This document shows, one piece after another, positions 63,436 through 64,000 of a stretch of DNA of 64,000 nucleotides; the first letter of the stretch is position 1, and each line of letters opens with the position of its first letter. The stretch spans positions 124,001-188,000 of the forward strand of contig MU057201.1 in NCBI GenBank assembly GCA_013239625.1, in the 5' to 3' direction. The notes beneath the pieces were generated by a model that saw only the letters and a program-made list of their open reading frames with translations, had not been told where the DNA came from and ran no database searches. A program made the translations under genes and the position numbers. Origin of the DNA: Lama guanicoe. Its lineage: Eukaryota.

Positions 63436-64000
63436 AGCTATTAGTAGCAGTAGCAGTGTGACATCTAATATGACAGGTACGTTACAAAGTCAGCATGTCA
63501 CATCAAAGTCACATTAAAATTATTCTTGAAAAATGCTACGAATATCCTGAAGTGCAATCTGCACCTTTGCGTATATCCTGTCCGGCTGATTTCCTTCTGT
63601 CTCATGCTCGTCCCGTGGCATGTCCTCACTGAATGCAGTGGCAAATGACTCACGCTTTGTCTTTAATTTTCCTCTATTGGGTCGGGGGCAGGCAGCATGA
63701 GCACACAGCTGAATTTGCGTAACTTAAATGCAGTGGATAGGGCAACTGGTTTATTAGCCTTAGGAAACTGGCTCCCTTCAGTGTCATCATCTCCTGTGAG
63801 CCCTCCCCTTTGCTACTTTCTTGTTCTCTGAGACAAAAGAGATTAAAAATCTTTTGAAGGCTGACTACGAGATCTTTTTCTATAGAAACTACAGAATTTT
63901 AGATTTGGAAAGGATCTTGAAAGTGTTGACCAACGCATTGGGCAGCAGGATGGGCCACCAGATGTGGCCGTGCTATTTACAAGTCAGATGTATTTATCCC

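Overview
Mammalian genomic DNA, probably camelid (inferred from the tRNA-derived Vic-1-like SINEs), syntenic with the human Xq26.3 SMIM10/RTL8 cluster. There are two recognisable single-exon genes, both on the minus strand: an intact RTL8 (CXX1/FAM127) domesticated Ty3/Gypsy gag gene (CDS 8072-8413) and SMIM10 (CDS 36331-36564, with 130 N inside). Between them lie (i) an unexplained CpG-island promoter at about 15430-16100 followed by plus-strand splice signals and a spliced 64-codon ORF or relic resembling the ETD (embryonic testis differentiation) microproteins, (ii) an RPL29 processed pseudogene, and (iii) a duplicate of the RTL8 promoter and upstream region with no CDS behind it (24280-24965). 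Other notable items are a TSD-flanked, polyadenylated ORF1-only L1 derivative (51149-53236), a solo LTR carrying tandem IRF/PRDM1-type motifs about 1 kb upstream of SMIM10, a triple Sox-Oct-like tandem repeat, and convergent CTCF motifs around SMIM10. The rest is mostly old LINE, LTR, MIR and DNA-transposon sequence. Repeat family names and boundaries were assigned by eye, and comparisons to human proteins use recalled sequences, not searches.
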